Source: Mustelus asterias
Lineage: Eukaryota
Assembly (NCBI RefSeq): GCF_964213995.1
Contig: NW_027590338.1
Span: 62,001 to 126,000, forward strand
DNA: 64,000 nt
Direction: 5' to 3'
Under the pieces are notes generated by a model. That model searched no databases. It was not told the DNA's origin and was given only the letters and a program-made list of their open reading frames with translations. Position numbers and translations under genes: made by a program. Positions 36,801 through 47,304 of this stretch are shown here, piece by piece (position 1 is the first letter of the stretch; the number at the start of each line of letters is the position of its first letter).

Positions 36801-37768
36801 AGACGTGCCTCCAGGTCGAGCACCTCCTTCTCCAACTCCTCGAGCCTGGATTTCCGCCTCTTTGTCGACCCCCTCGCGTACCCCTGACAGAAGGTACGGA
36901 CGTGAGTCTTGCCCACATCCCACCAGAGCCTCAAGGAGGGGAAGCCTCCCCGCTTCCTTCTCCAGCCGGCCCAGAATCGACGGAACGAGTCCAGGAAGCG
37001 CTCGTCCTCCAGCAGCGTGTTGTTAAAGTGCCAGTACGCGGACCCCCGCCGGATGCGAGACGGCGCAAAGTCCGCCCACACCAGGCTGTGGTCCGTGCTC
37101 GACACCGGCCGCATGGAGACCGAGGACACGCCGGACACGTGCGCCTTCGAAATGTAAAGGCGGTCGAGCCTGGACGCTCCGACTCCAGGCCTCACGAAAG
37201 TGAAGGCGCTGGAGCCAGGATGGAGATGTCTCCAGACGTCCACCAAGTCGTGGGACCCGATCAGGTCCCGCAACTTCACCACCGCCGGAGTGCGCAGCCA
37301 GGGGCCGGTGCGGTCCCGTGCCTCGAGGATGCAGTTGAAATCTCCCCCGAGGATAATGCATTCGCCCCCCGCGATGGTGTCGATGTGAGCGGACACTTTC
37401 TCGTAGAAAGTCGTTTGCTGCGGTCCAGCGGTCGGGGCGTAGACATTCAGCAAGTGAATGACCACGCCCCCCTCACGGACCGTCAAGTGCAGCAACCGGC
37501 CTGGCACCGGCTCCTTGACCCCCAAGATCTCCGGCTTATAACGCGGGGCCAACAAGATAGCCACCCCGCAAGAAGCGAGCGTGAGGTGGCTCATGTAGAC
37601 CCCCCCTCGCCACTCCAGGAGCCATTGGGCTTCGTCTCCCGGAACGGTGTGGGTTTCCTGCAGGAAACACACCGCATACTTCCCGTCACGGAGGACCGAG
37701 AAGTTCTGGAACCTGCGGTGTGGCCCACTGCTGCCGTTGATGTTGAGGCTGGCTATGGTCACCTTCAT
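33875..37768 (-). CDS. Tx1-like ORF2 (AP endonuclease, reverse transcriptase, C-terminal Cys/His motif)
   Basis: SLNING, LQETH, NVYAP, GGDFN, RLD and TDH endonuclease motifs; NWRPVSLL, DQEKAFD, GVRQGCPLS and YADD RT motifs; CPFC..ESVDHVYVEC. 1297 aa, uninterrupted. Confidence 0.95.
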   Translation of the reverse strand: MKVTIASLNINGSSGPHRRFQNFSVLRDGKYAVCFLQETHTVPGDEAQWLLEWRGGVYMSHLTLASCGVAILLAPRYKPEILGVKEPVPGRLLHLTVREGGVVIHLLNVYAPTAGPQQTTFYEKVSAHIDTIAGGECIILGGDFNCILEARDRTGPWLRTPAVVKLRDLIGSHDLVDVWRHLHPGSSAFTFVRPGVGASRLDRLYISKAHVSGVSSVSMRPVSSTDHSLVWADFAPSRIRRGSAYWHFNNTLLEDERFLDSFRRFWAGWRRKRGGFPSLRLWWDVGKTHVRTFCQGYARGSTKRRKSRLEELEKEVLDLEARLSRPDADPALRSEYREKKDALRDLQLARSRGAYVRSRLQFQVDLDRGSPFFYSLERGRANRQQLLTLLADDGSPVSDPEGIRAIAREYYTSLFSPDPSSEDARRLLWEDLPQVGPEGVGRLEAPTTMAELTGALNGLSRGKAPGLDGLTVEFFRAFWDVLGSDYAGVLGESVATGEMPLSWRRAVIALLPKKGDLHLLKNWRPVSLLSTDYKIFARAMASRLGSVLDHLIHPDQSYTVPGRCIHDNLHLVRDLIHHTQRAGLSGAFLSLDQEKAFDRVEHEYLLGTLRAFGFGTHFVARIRLLYSAAECLIKVNGSLTAPLRFGRGVRQGCPLSGQLYSVCVEPFLRLLRRRLSGLVLRGPDVGVVLSAYADDVLLMFTDPADLRRMRECQAVYSAASSARINWAKCSGLLVGPWETDPLPEELRPFTWSRTDLLYLGAHLCPAEESWPANWRELEAKVSARLSRWTGLLRVLSYGAQARVINQLVASMLWYRLVPLTPPPGFVTDIQRTLVRFFWGNRLHWVPAAVLYLPLEEGGQGLVCLRTQIATFRLQALQRYLYVEPPPQWCAMATYFFRQWHGLNYDVQLLHIELGRASTTLQELPVFYQDLLTVWNKVASRRSSPPSGVAALVREPLLRNPLLQPYNFRWLAERGAVDAGVTRIGDVLDGGGAGWMSPRVLAERAGTSVWHAAKAILDLRTVVLGPETARKLETAQACGGIPPERSPVRAEFHIGPKPQPPPLGEVPHSLSRLAEMPSVPFSTARRRFLCGLLLHTFHYRLLACRPDTPWRALLPPGGGGPRWRSLYGGISPNYVGDLGWRVMHAAVPHNRRIHWFTGSEDCPFCGLVESVDHVYVECLRLHSLYVFLKNLLLMFCLHFSPTLLIYGHPVRRGEGRDGDLLVNLLLGLAKRAIYRSRQRAIEGAVHPDCLPLYRGYVRGQVSLEREHAASTGEVDAFRARWAPQGLGCIIDPNNHILI

Positions 37769-37796
37769 GTCAGCAGCTTTGTGCCACCGTCACCAC

Positions 37797-39898
37797 TTAA
37801 CTAGGTGTGTGGGGGGGCGCTGGCGCAATTCTCACCAGTCCACCCCCCACCTTTTCGAGCCTGTGGAGGAACCGCAGTACCCAGCGCCGCTCTATTTTTT
37901 CCAGGCCCGCGGAGGCATGCGAGCATGCCTTCACGGACCGGACGAGCTGCGCCAGGTCCGGCCAGCGGCCGAGGGCTAGCCGGATTATGTCGGAGCGACC
38001 GGAATGGCTACGGATAAAGACACTGAGGTCCTTGGAGGGGATGAGGGACGACTCGGTGGGGGGCACGAGGGAGTCCCCCGCCTCGCTCTGGGCAGACTCT
38101 GAAAGTGTCCCCGTGCCCTCCACCGAGCCGCTGACCTCCTCAGGGCGGTCGCCCCTCGACTCCGAGTCCCCCGCCGCAGGACGTACGGCGGGCGGCACGG
38201 AGCCACCAACTAGCCCTAGCCCCTCCCCGATCCCACCCCCAGGATCGGTGGAGGAGGGGTTCCCCCCGGGCTCACCTTTCCCGGATTGCGGGCCCCCGTG
38301 CGACGGCGGCCCAGCCCCCCCCCCCCCGCCCCAGACGCTTGGACACCCCCCAGGTCCGGTGTATCCTTCGGACTGAGGTTGGGGATGTCCAGCGTCCAAG
38401 GTCGGGACGGAGAGGACGAGTGGATCGTCTCTTCGCCGCCGCCGCACGAGGACATGAACATTGGAGTGTCGCCCCAGTCCCCCGACAGACTGAAGAAGAA
38501 CTCCGGGTTGTAACCGGCCGGGTGGAACGGAACCGTGGGGGCCCCGCTGCCACCCGGCCCCGGAGACTCCTCGCCGGGGGACTGAGGCAACACATGCTTG
38601 GATTTACAGGGTGCCTTGCCCCCTTTTTTCGCGGGACAAGGCACAAAGACAGGTGGGGGCACGGCAGGAGATGACTCACAAGGGGGGAGGGGCACGCAGA
38701 CCTCGAACGCTACGGTGCCCGAGGGGCCCCGCCTCTTTTTGTTAACCTGCCCTCGGGCAGGCGAGGCCCCTCGCCCTCCGCCCCTCTTCGCCTTGCCGCG
38801 CCCCCCCTGCTCTCCCGTCACTTCCCCCCGAGGTGGCGGCGTCGCCAGTTTTGCCGGCTCGGGGTCGCTTACCCCCCCATGCTCGGGCCCATGATCCCGG
38901 GCGCCGGACCCAGCACTAGGCCCCGGAGAGCCCACGGGCCCGGCAGATGGTGGTGGTGGTGGTGGGGGGGGGGCGCAGGTGGAGACTGAGGCGGTCCCCG
39001 AGCCGGCTGCCGGGGTGGTTGGGGTGTTTTCCCTGGGGGCCGGGGTTCCGGTACCCCCCTTCTTTTTTGTAGGTCCCTTCTGGGCCTTTTGGCCGCGCGG
39101 GGGCTCCGCTCCCCCCCCGCCGGCAGCTGAGGTGGCAGCTGCTGCTGGCGTGGCCTCCCCTCGTGGGGGGGCAGATGGTACTCGCTTGGGGGGAGAGGGG
39201 GCTGCGGTGCCAGCTGCGGCCGCCTTGGGTTGGTGGTCGGCGGCCTTGGAGACGGGGCAGTTTTTCCTCACGTGCCCCGCCTCCTTACAGGCATGGCACC
39301 GCACACCGTCCGCGGACCAAAAGACCCGGTACGTGGTCCCCTCGTGGGGGACATTGAAACCTCCCTCCAGTTCATCCTCCCGGGCCAGGCGGACAAAAAC
39401 CTGGCGCCGGAAGGAGTAAATATGGCGGAGGAAGGGGTCCCGAAGGCCGAGCGGGACCGGCTGCACCCCGGACCTGACCTCCCCCAGTAGATGGAGGTGG
39501 GGGAGGAGGAGCTCACTCGGTAGGAAGGGTGGGACGTTCGATATTACTATCTTGTGGGCGGTGGCCTCCAAAGGGTCCACCGCCAGGAACGTCCCGCCCA
39601 CCGTGAGCCCCTTTTCCAGGGCGAGGCGAACCGCCCGCTCGGCCTTCAGGAAGAATACGGCCCGGCCGTACATCTTTGAGGCCGCGACAATGGCTGAGGG
39701 GCCGACAACCCCAGCCATTGCCTTAACGCAGGCCTCGATAGACATGTCGGGGTGGGCGTAGCACTTCACCCCGAGCTGCCGCGTGATTAAAGAGAATGGC
39801 GGCAGGGCCTTGGGAGCGGCGGGGGCTCTGGCAGCCGCCACGCCCGCATAGGTGGGCCGAGAAGGCCCTGCCACCGGCGACGCTGGTGATGTCGCCAT
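37797..39898 (-). CDS. Tx1-like ORF1 (gag-like, CCHC knuckle), split into two overlapping frames
   Basis: 39898-38216 has ASKMYGRAVFFL, ISNVPPF, SFRRQV and CHACKEAGHVRKNC. The amphipathic C-terminal region continues in the -1 frame (38447-37797). A G13 run at 38315-38327 lies in the overlap. Confidence 0.85.
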
Positions 39899-40287
39899 TG
39901 TATCAGGGGAAGTGCTACACCCACCCCGAGACTGCCCAGATGCACGGCAGGGCGTATGTGGGATGGGGAAGATAAGGCAGGGTGGGGTAGGCGGGGAAGG
40001 GTGTAGGTGCTCTCTCCCCGGAGCGAGAGAGGGAGAGAGGAGGTTGGAGGAGCAGGAGGGAGATGAGGCACAAGGCCGGTGCCCCAGTCAGGAGGGAAAA
40101 GGGGAGGGGGTGCCGGTCCCGGGGGCAGCAGTAGTGGGTAGGGGAAATAGGAAAGGTCTTCACCCCCCCCACTGCAGATGGAAAAGAGACAGTCCAAACG
40201 CCTTCGCCCCCCCCCTCTCCTCCAGTCACTCCCTGTCCTCTCTTCCTCCCCCCCCCCCCGGGGAGAGCGCACCCTCCAGAGGCCGGA

Positions 40288-40912
40288 TGGCAGGCAAGCA
40301 GGCAGTCAGGCAGTCCAGACGGCAGGCAGGCTAGACGGCAAGCAGGCAGGCAGGCAGTCCAGACGGCAGACAGCCCAGACAGCAGGCAGGCAGTCCAGAC
40401 GGCAGGCAGGCAGGTAGGTAAGCAGGCCAGACGGCAGGCAGGCAGGTAAGCAGGCCAGACGGCAGGCAGGCAGGTAAGCAGGCCAGACGGCAGGCAGGCA
40501 GGTAAGCAGGCCAGACGGCAGGCAGGCAGGCCAGACGGCAGGCAGGCAGGCCAGACGGCAGGCAGGCAGGTAAGCAGGCCAGACGGCAGGCAGGCAGGTA
40601 AGCAGGCCAGACGGCAGGCAGGCAGGTAAGCAGGCCAGACGGCAGGCAGGCAGGTAAGCAGGCCAGACGGCAGGCAGGCAGGTAAGCAGGCCAGACGGCA
40701 GGCAGGCAGGTAAGCAGGCCAGACGGCAGGCAGGCAGGTAAGCAGGCCAGACGGCAGGCAGGTAAGCAGGCCAGACGGCAGGCAGGCAGGTAAGCAGGCC
40801 AGACGGCAGGCAGGCAGGTAAGCAGGCCAGACGGCAGGCAGGCAGGTAAGCAGGCCAGACGGCAGTCAGGCAGGTAAGCAGGCCAGACGGCAGGCAGGCA
40901 GGCAACAGGCAG
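40288..40912. repeat. Minisatellite in the Tx1 5' UTR, 28-bp unit GGCAGGCAGGCAGGTAAGCAGGCCAGAC
   Basis: About 20 directly visible copies with 20- and 24-bp variants. Confidence 0.95.
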
Positions 40913-41259
40913 GCCGGGCAAGGCAGGCAGCAGCTCACCTCCCTCCTTCCTCCCCGCAGGGAGCGAAAAACAAACAAACCCAACAAAACAAAAACAAAAA
41001 CCGGGCGTCTCCGTGAGCAAAAACGAGAGAAAAAAAAAATAAAGGTACTCACAAAAAAAGAAAAGAAGACAAACCCACAGTTTCCGCCCGGCTCCGACCC
41101 GGGGCCCCCCGCTACTCGGGCGAACGTGAACTCACCCCACCCCAGAAACAAAGTGCAGGCGCTGCCCCAGAGGAGGCACGTTTCAGGCCGTCTGAAGCCC
41201 AATTCTCATTCAGAGAGGAGCAGCAGCAGCTTTGCTGGGCAGGAATGAGCAGCTGAACA

Positions 41260-41680
41260 AGCTCATTGTCCACTTCCGCATTCAGACAATGGGGGAGCTC
41301 TGATTGGCTGGAGGACCAGAGAACGTCCGGTCCTCCAACTTTCCATTGGCCAACACCTCAGCAGCAGGTCAAAAGGTTGGCTCCCCCCGCACATGCGCAT
41401 CTTCCCCTCTCCCTTGGAAATGCGCAGTCCCGGGCCGAGGGAGGGGGCGATCACTACGCGGCTTCTCGCTCTGGCCGGAGCCGTCAGCCGGTTGCCTGGA
41501 AACCGTGGCTGGAAGAGGTGGAGGGGGAGAGGAACAATGGGTGGGGGCGGGGCTCCCGGGTCCGCGCCCCCGGGCCTGCGCACCGGAGACGTCATCGCGG
41601 AGCAGAATGATTCCTCTTGGCTGATTTCGGCAGAGCTCTATTATGGACGTCACAATGCGGAAGTTGTACAAAGTCCCTCC
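41260..41680. promoter_or_regulatory. CpG-island, probably bidirectional ZNF promoter
   Basis: ETS-like ACTTCCGC (41272) and GCGGAAGT (41658) in opposite orientations, ATTGG boxes, NRF1-like TGCGCA, GC box and GACGTCA. Candidate + strand donor CAG|GTATAT at 41854. Confidence 0.7.
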
Positions 41681-42151
41681 TCTGGGCAACATCTGGGAGG
41701 AAATCAATGTTTCCCCCTTTCCATTTCTTTTCTCATTCTGGGGGAAATTGGGGACTTGCAGCAACTGAAGGGAAAGGAAGTGAATCCAGGGAGGCTGCAG
41801 ACTCTGGAAAGGTTACAGATGAAGACCGGATTCAGGAACAGGACTAGGCCCAGGTATATTTTTGTTTCTCTCTCAAAGACATTGACATCTTTTAGTTCCC
41901 TCAGTTTATCTGGCTAATAGGGTAGCCTCTTACCCAATGTTCACAATTCAGTTTTCCCAGAAGAGGGCTAACATTTAAATCAACAGTAAATTTGTATGGG
42001 AGAGAGATATGTTATTTATGATCCCATATTTTTTGTCTTGAAATATACAGCAGTGTGGCTGCTTTATCAATTTCCAGTGATGCAGAGATTACAACATAGA
42101 AGGAAATGCATTTGGCAACTTAAATCCATGCTAACTCTCCATGGTAGCCAT

Positions 42152-42315
42152 GATGTGGAGATGCCGGCATTGGACTGGGTTGGGCATAGTAAGAAGTCTC
42201 ACAACACCAGGTTAAAGTCCATCAGGTGAGTGACCTGAGGAAGGAGCAGTGCTCCAAAAGCTCGTGATTCCACATAAACCTGTTGGACTTTAACCTAGTG
42301 TTGTGAGACTTACTG
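42152..42315. mobile_element. Miniature inverted Penelope pLTR remnant with a mutated hammerhead
   Basis: AAGTCTCACAACACCAGGTTAAAGTCCA and TGGACTTTAACCTAGTGTTGTGAGACTT form inverted arms around CTGAGGAAGGAGCAGTGCTCC(A)AAAGCTC. Confidence 0.7.
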
Positions 42316-42934
42316 AACTCTCTGTGGAGCAATTTGGTCAGTTCCATTCCCTTGAGTTCCACGTCACATTGGAATGGTTGAGAGTTCCAGATGAAGTGAG
42401 ACTGGGGTGGAGTCGGGCGATATCACTGAGATGGGAATAGGCGGTTTTGATGATGATGTGGCAATGTGGTTGGAAGCTCATCTTGGGGTGAAATATTTCA
42501 CCATGGTTGTGAACAGTTTGGTTCAGCCTCAGACAGTTACCAGGAAGATAGAGTTGCTGGCGAGGGAGTGGAGTTTGTAGTGGGGACTGAAGACAATGGG
42601 TTCAGTCTTCCCAGTGTTTATATGAAAGAAGTTTCAGTTCTTTTAGTACTGGATGTCAGACAAGTCAGGATTGTGTGTGAGTTGGGGGGGGGAGGGATCT
42701 TGGAGGTGATGGCGTTCACATCTACCTACTACCTCGGTCCTTCTAGGTGGTGGAGGTTGAGGATTTGGGAGATTCTGTCAAAGTTCTCATTGAGTTCTAG
42801 ATGTATAAAATCCCTCTCCTTCACCCCGGCCCCTTCTACTTCTCTCTGTCTCCACTCTAGACCAGGTGCCAGATTTCCTTTCTTGACAGACATCAGCATA
42901 CCCCTTGGGTTTTTATGATAATCCAGCAGCTTTC

Positions 42935-43733
42935 CTCCATGTCTGTGTGGGTTTCCTCCAGGTGCTCTGGTTTTCTCCCACAACGGATGAATGAACACCG
43001 CTCGACAATCACAAGGCAAGACTGTTCTCTTCCTGTGGGGGAGCACTTCAGCAGTCACGGGCATTCAGCCTTGGATCTTCAGGTAAGCGTTCTCCAAGGC
43101 GGCCTTCACGACACACGACAGCGCAGAGTCGCTGAGCAGAAACTGATAGCCAAGTTCCGCACACATGAGGACGGCCTAAACCGGGATGTTGGATTTATGT
43201 CACATTATCAGTAACCCCCACAGCTTGCCTCCTGGACTTGCAGAATTTCACTAGCTGTTCTGTCTGGAGACAATACACATCTCTTTAACCTGTGTTGAAT
43301 GCTCCCTCCACCCACATTGTCTGTACATTTAAGACCTGGCTGGCTGTAGAGATTTGCATTCTAATCAGTATTCTGTAATTTGATTTCTGTGTCTGTTTGC
43401 ACTGTTTGATAACAGATATCCACTCCATCTGACGAAGGAGCTGTGCTCCAAAAGCTTATGGTATTTGCTACCAAATAAACCTGTTGGACTTTAACCTGGT
43501 GTTGTGAGACTTCTTACTGTTTCTCCCACAGTCCAGAGATGTGCAGATTAAGTGGGTTGGCCATTTCCCCTTAGTGTCCCAAGACATGTAGGTTAGATGG
43601 ATTAGCCATGGTAAATGTGTGAGGGTATGGGGATAGGGTGGGAGAGAGGCTCTGGGTAAGATACTATGTGAGAGAATTGGTGCGACTCATGGGTTGAATG
43701 TCCTCCTTCTGCACTGTTAGGGACTCTATGATA
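42935..43733 (+). mobile_element. HE1-like SINE (5'-truncated) split by a Penelope insertion
   Basis: SINE core stops at TTTCTCCCACA (42982) and resumes at 43520. Confidence 0.75.
42983..43519 (+). mobile_element. Penelope-like 3' fragment
   Basis: RMNEHRSTITRQ..EQKLIAKFRTHEDGLN. Hammerhead at about 43420-43461 has GAAA changed to AAAA. 11-bp TSD TTTCTCCCACA (42972-42982, 43520-43530). Confidence 0.85.
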
Positions 43734-44765
43734 ATGTGGGAAAATGTGAAACAGTTCATTTTGGAAGGGAGAGCAGGGGAGTATTATTTAAATGGGGAAA
43801 AGACTGTAAAGCTGCAACACAACAGGACTTGGGGGACTTCTGCACAAAACACAGAAACCCAGCACACAGGTGCAGTTGGTAATCAGGAAGCCTAATAGAA
43901 TGTTGGCCCTTATTTCAAGTAAAGTAAAGTTTATTTATTTGTCACAAGTAGGCTTACATTAACAATGCAATGATGTTACTGTGAAAATCCGCTAGTCGCC
44001 ACACTCCGGCGCCTGTTCAGGTACACTGAGGGAGAATTTAGCATGACCAGTTCACCTAACCTGCACATCTTTGGACTGTGGGAGGAAACCGGAGCACCCG
44101 GAGGAAACCCACGCAGAACCGGGGAGAATGTGCAAACTCCACACAGACAGTGACCCAAGCCAGGAATTGAACCCGAGTCTCTGGCGCTGTGAAGCAGCAG
44201 TGCTAACTGCAGTGCCACCGTGGTTGGAGTATATGAATAGGGAAGTCTTGCTGCAACTGTACAAGGTACTGACGAGACCATATCTGGAGGACTGTGAGCA
44301 GTTTTGGTCTCCTTATTTCAGGAAAAATATTATTTCATTGGAGGCAGTTCACAGTAGATTCACTTGGATTATCCCCGTTATGGAGGGATTGTTTTATGAG
44401 GAAAGGTTAAACAGGTTGGGCCTCTCCTCATTAGAATTGAGAAGAATGAGAGGTGATCTCATTGAAGCATATTGGATTCTTAAGGGACTTGACAAGGTAA
44501 ATGCTGAGTGGATGTTTCCTCTCATGGGAGAGTCTGGGACCAGAGGGCACAGTCTCAGAATAAAAGGTGCCAATTTAAGACTGAGATCAGGAGCAATTTC
44601 TTCTCCCAGAGGGTTGAGAGTCTTTGCAACTCCTTGCCGCAGAGAGCTGTGGGGGCAAAGCCCTTGTGTATATTTTTGAACAGTAAGGAAATCAAGGGTT
44701 ACGGGAAAAGGGCAAGAAAGTGGACATGAGGAATGTCAGATCAGCCATGATCCTATTGAATGGGT
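43734..44765 (+). mobile_element. Degenerate CR1-type LINE 3' fragment with a nested SINE (43918-44221, -)
   Basis: LEYMNREVLLQLYKVL.RPYLE.C.QFWSPY..RRMRGDLIE; the SINE has the AATAAATAAACTTTACTTTAC tail. Confidence 0.8.
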
Positions 44766-44957
44766 GACATTCAATCCCTTCCCTGCAGGACATCAGTGAA
44801 TCACTTGGGTTTTTATGACACTCCAGAATTTTCATGGTCACTTTTTCCTGGAGCCGGCCCCAGAAATGACCAGATTCATTCAGCTCAATTTCACAACCTG
44901 TCTTTGTGTTTTTGTGGGTTCTCTCTCACTTTTTTTTCTTTTAAATTCAGTGTCACA

Positions 44958-45618
<661 letters not shown>

Positions 45619-45714
45619 AAAAAATTACAAGTAAATCACTATTTGCTACAGACCAAAGAAAGATACTTTATTAGAAGAGTAAGGGTCACAAGGTAAAACA
45701 AGCCAAGTTCCAGA

Positions 45715-45950
45715 ATATTAAACATCCAGTCCAGTTATAGAGATTGTAAACATCAACAGAAACAAACCCAAACTATCGGAATGAACAGAGTTCAGTCTTG
45801 GATGTCATTAACAGCAGCAGAATCCAATCTCAGTAATCACTGCTGAACTCGCTGGTGTGTCAGCTGATTGGATGATCGATTGTATCTTTCTCACATGTGG
45901 AGCAGGAGTCTGGTCTCTCCCCAGTCTGAACTCGCTGGTGTGTGTCTTGG
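45715..45950 (-). pseudogene. Orphan ZNF last-finger plus 3' UTR fragment
   Basis: Minus strand reads THQRVQTGERPDSCSTCEK.., followed by the family 3' UTR (TTGGATTCTGCTG..CAAGACTGAAC). Confidence 0.6.
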
Positions 45951-46434
45951 AGGTGATGGTTTTTCCAGGCATCAGCTGCTCTTATCTTTCTGTGGGTGGA
46001 GTTATGGGTTTGGGAGATTCTTTCAAAATTCAAATTCAGTTGCAGATCTATGAAGTTCATCTTTTTTACCCTCTCCTTCACCTCTCTCTCTCCTCCCATG
46101 GAAGCCAGAGTCTTGTGTAAGCCCCGACTGGGCGGCAGGTTCCCTTCCCTAAAGAACATTAGTGAACCAGTTGGGTTTTTATGAGAAACCAGCAGTTTTC
46201 AGGGTCACTTTTTCCTAGCGCTGGCCCCACAAATTACAAGATTAATTTAGCTCAATTTCACAACCTGCCTATGTGTTTTTCTGGGTTCTCTTTTATATTT
46301 CCTTGATTCTGTCTTAAATTCATTTTACAGAATATTTGAAAGGTTCACGATCAGGAAAGTCAAACCAAACATCACATCAAAATCTGACGGAGTCACTCGA
46401 TTCATCAGGATTTGAATATCATCGGCCTTTGAAC

Positions 46435-47304
46435 ATGGAAGCAAAAAGCACCGTTCACGCCAGGGAGAAGCGGTGGAAATGTGTGGACTGTGGGAAGGGA
46501 TTCAGATCCCCATCTGAGCTGGAAATCCATCGACGCAGACACACCGGGGAGAGGCCGTTCATTTGTTCAGTATGTGGGAAGAGATTCGCTCAGTTCATCT
46601 GCCTTCAGCTGCATGAGCGACTCCACACCGGGGAGAGGCCGTTCACCTGCTCGGTGTGTGGAAACGGATTCACTCGCTCATCCCACCTGCTGAAACACCA
46701 GCAAGTTCACACTGACAAGAGAGAGTTTCAATGCTCCAATTGTGAGAAGAGCTTTAAAAGCCCACATGGACTGAGGGAGCACCAGCGCATTCACACCGAG
46801 TACACACTGTTCAGCTGCTCTAAGTGTGGGAAGAGTTTCAGGACAGCAACCCACCTTCAGACACACCAACGAGTTCACACTGACAAGAGACCTTTCAAAT
46901 GTCCAGAGTGCGGGAAGTGCTTTAAAAGTTCTGGTGAACTGATGTCCCATCAGCTTGTTCACACTGAGGAGAGACCGTTCCAGTGCTCTCACTGTGGGAC
47001 TGGGTTCAGGCGATCATCTCATCTCACTGTACATCAGCGAGTTCACACTGGGGAGAAGCCGTTCATCTGCTCCAAGTGTGGGAAGGGATTCAGTCAGTCC
47101 TCCAACCTGCTGACACATCAACAAATTCACACTGAGGTGAGGCCGTTCACCTGTTCTGAGTGTGGAAAGGGATTTGCACGATCATCCCACCTGCTGACAC
47201 ACCAGCGCATTCACACTGGGGAGAGGCCATTCACCTGCTCCGAGTGCGGGAAGAGATTTACCGAATCATCCAATCTGGTGAAACACCAGCGAGTTCACAG
47301 ATGA
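46435..47304 (+). CDS. C2H2 zinc-finger protein (10 fingers); frame open upstream to the acceptor near 46330
   Basis: First ATG at 46435 and 10 intact fingers. The upstream exon-head module is in frame. Confidence 0.92.
   Translation: MEAKSTVHAREKRWKCVDCGKGFRSPSELEIHRRRHTGERPFICSVCGKRFAQFICLQLHERLHTGERPFTCSVCGNGFTRSSHLLKHQQVHTDKREFQCSNCEKSFKSPHGLREHQRIHTEYTLFSCSKCGKSFRTATHLQTHQRVHTDKRPFKCPECGKCFKSSGELMSHQLVHTEERPFQCSHCGTGFRRSSHLTVHQRVHTGEKPFICSKCGKGFSQSSNLLTHQQIHTEVRPFTCSECGKGFARSSHLLTHQRIHTGERPFTCSECGKRFTESSNLVKHQRVHR

Larger units (their letters stand above)
33745..41205 (-). mobile_element. Full-length Tx1-clade (L1 superfamily) non-LTR retrotransposon
   Basis: ORF1 with CCHC knuckle, ORF2 with APE-RT-CCHC, short A7 tail, and a 12-bp TSD TCATTCAGAGAG (33733-33744, 41206-41217). 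Very CpG-rich compared with the flanks. Confidence 0.93.

Noticed and set aside
33887-39761. Many + strand and alternate-frame ORFs over the Tx1 element
   Set aside because: They are shadow ORFs caused by high GC content opposite the real ORF1 and ORF2.
40306-41202. ORFs with repeated LPACRLAC/VWPAY peptides, and a CRISPR-like periodicity
   Set aside because: This is a 28-bp tandem repeat with no unique spacers and no cas genes, in a vertebrate context.
41263-41917. GC-rich ORFs over the CpG island (similar ORFs at 3675-4188, 13518-14434 and 57217-57897)
   Set aside because: Better explained as promoter and non-coding first-exon sequence; no domain signal.
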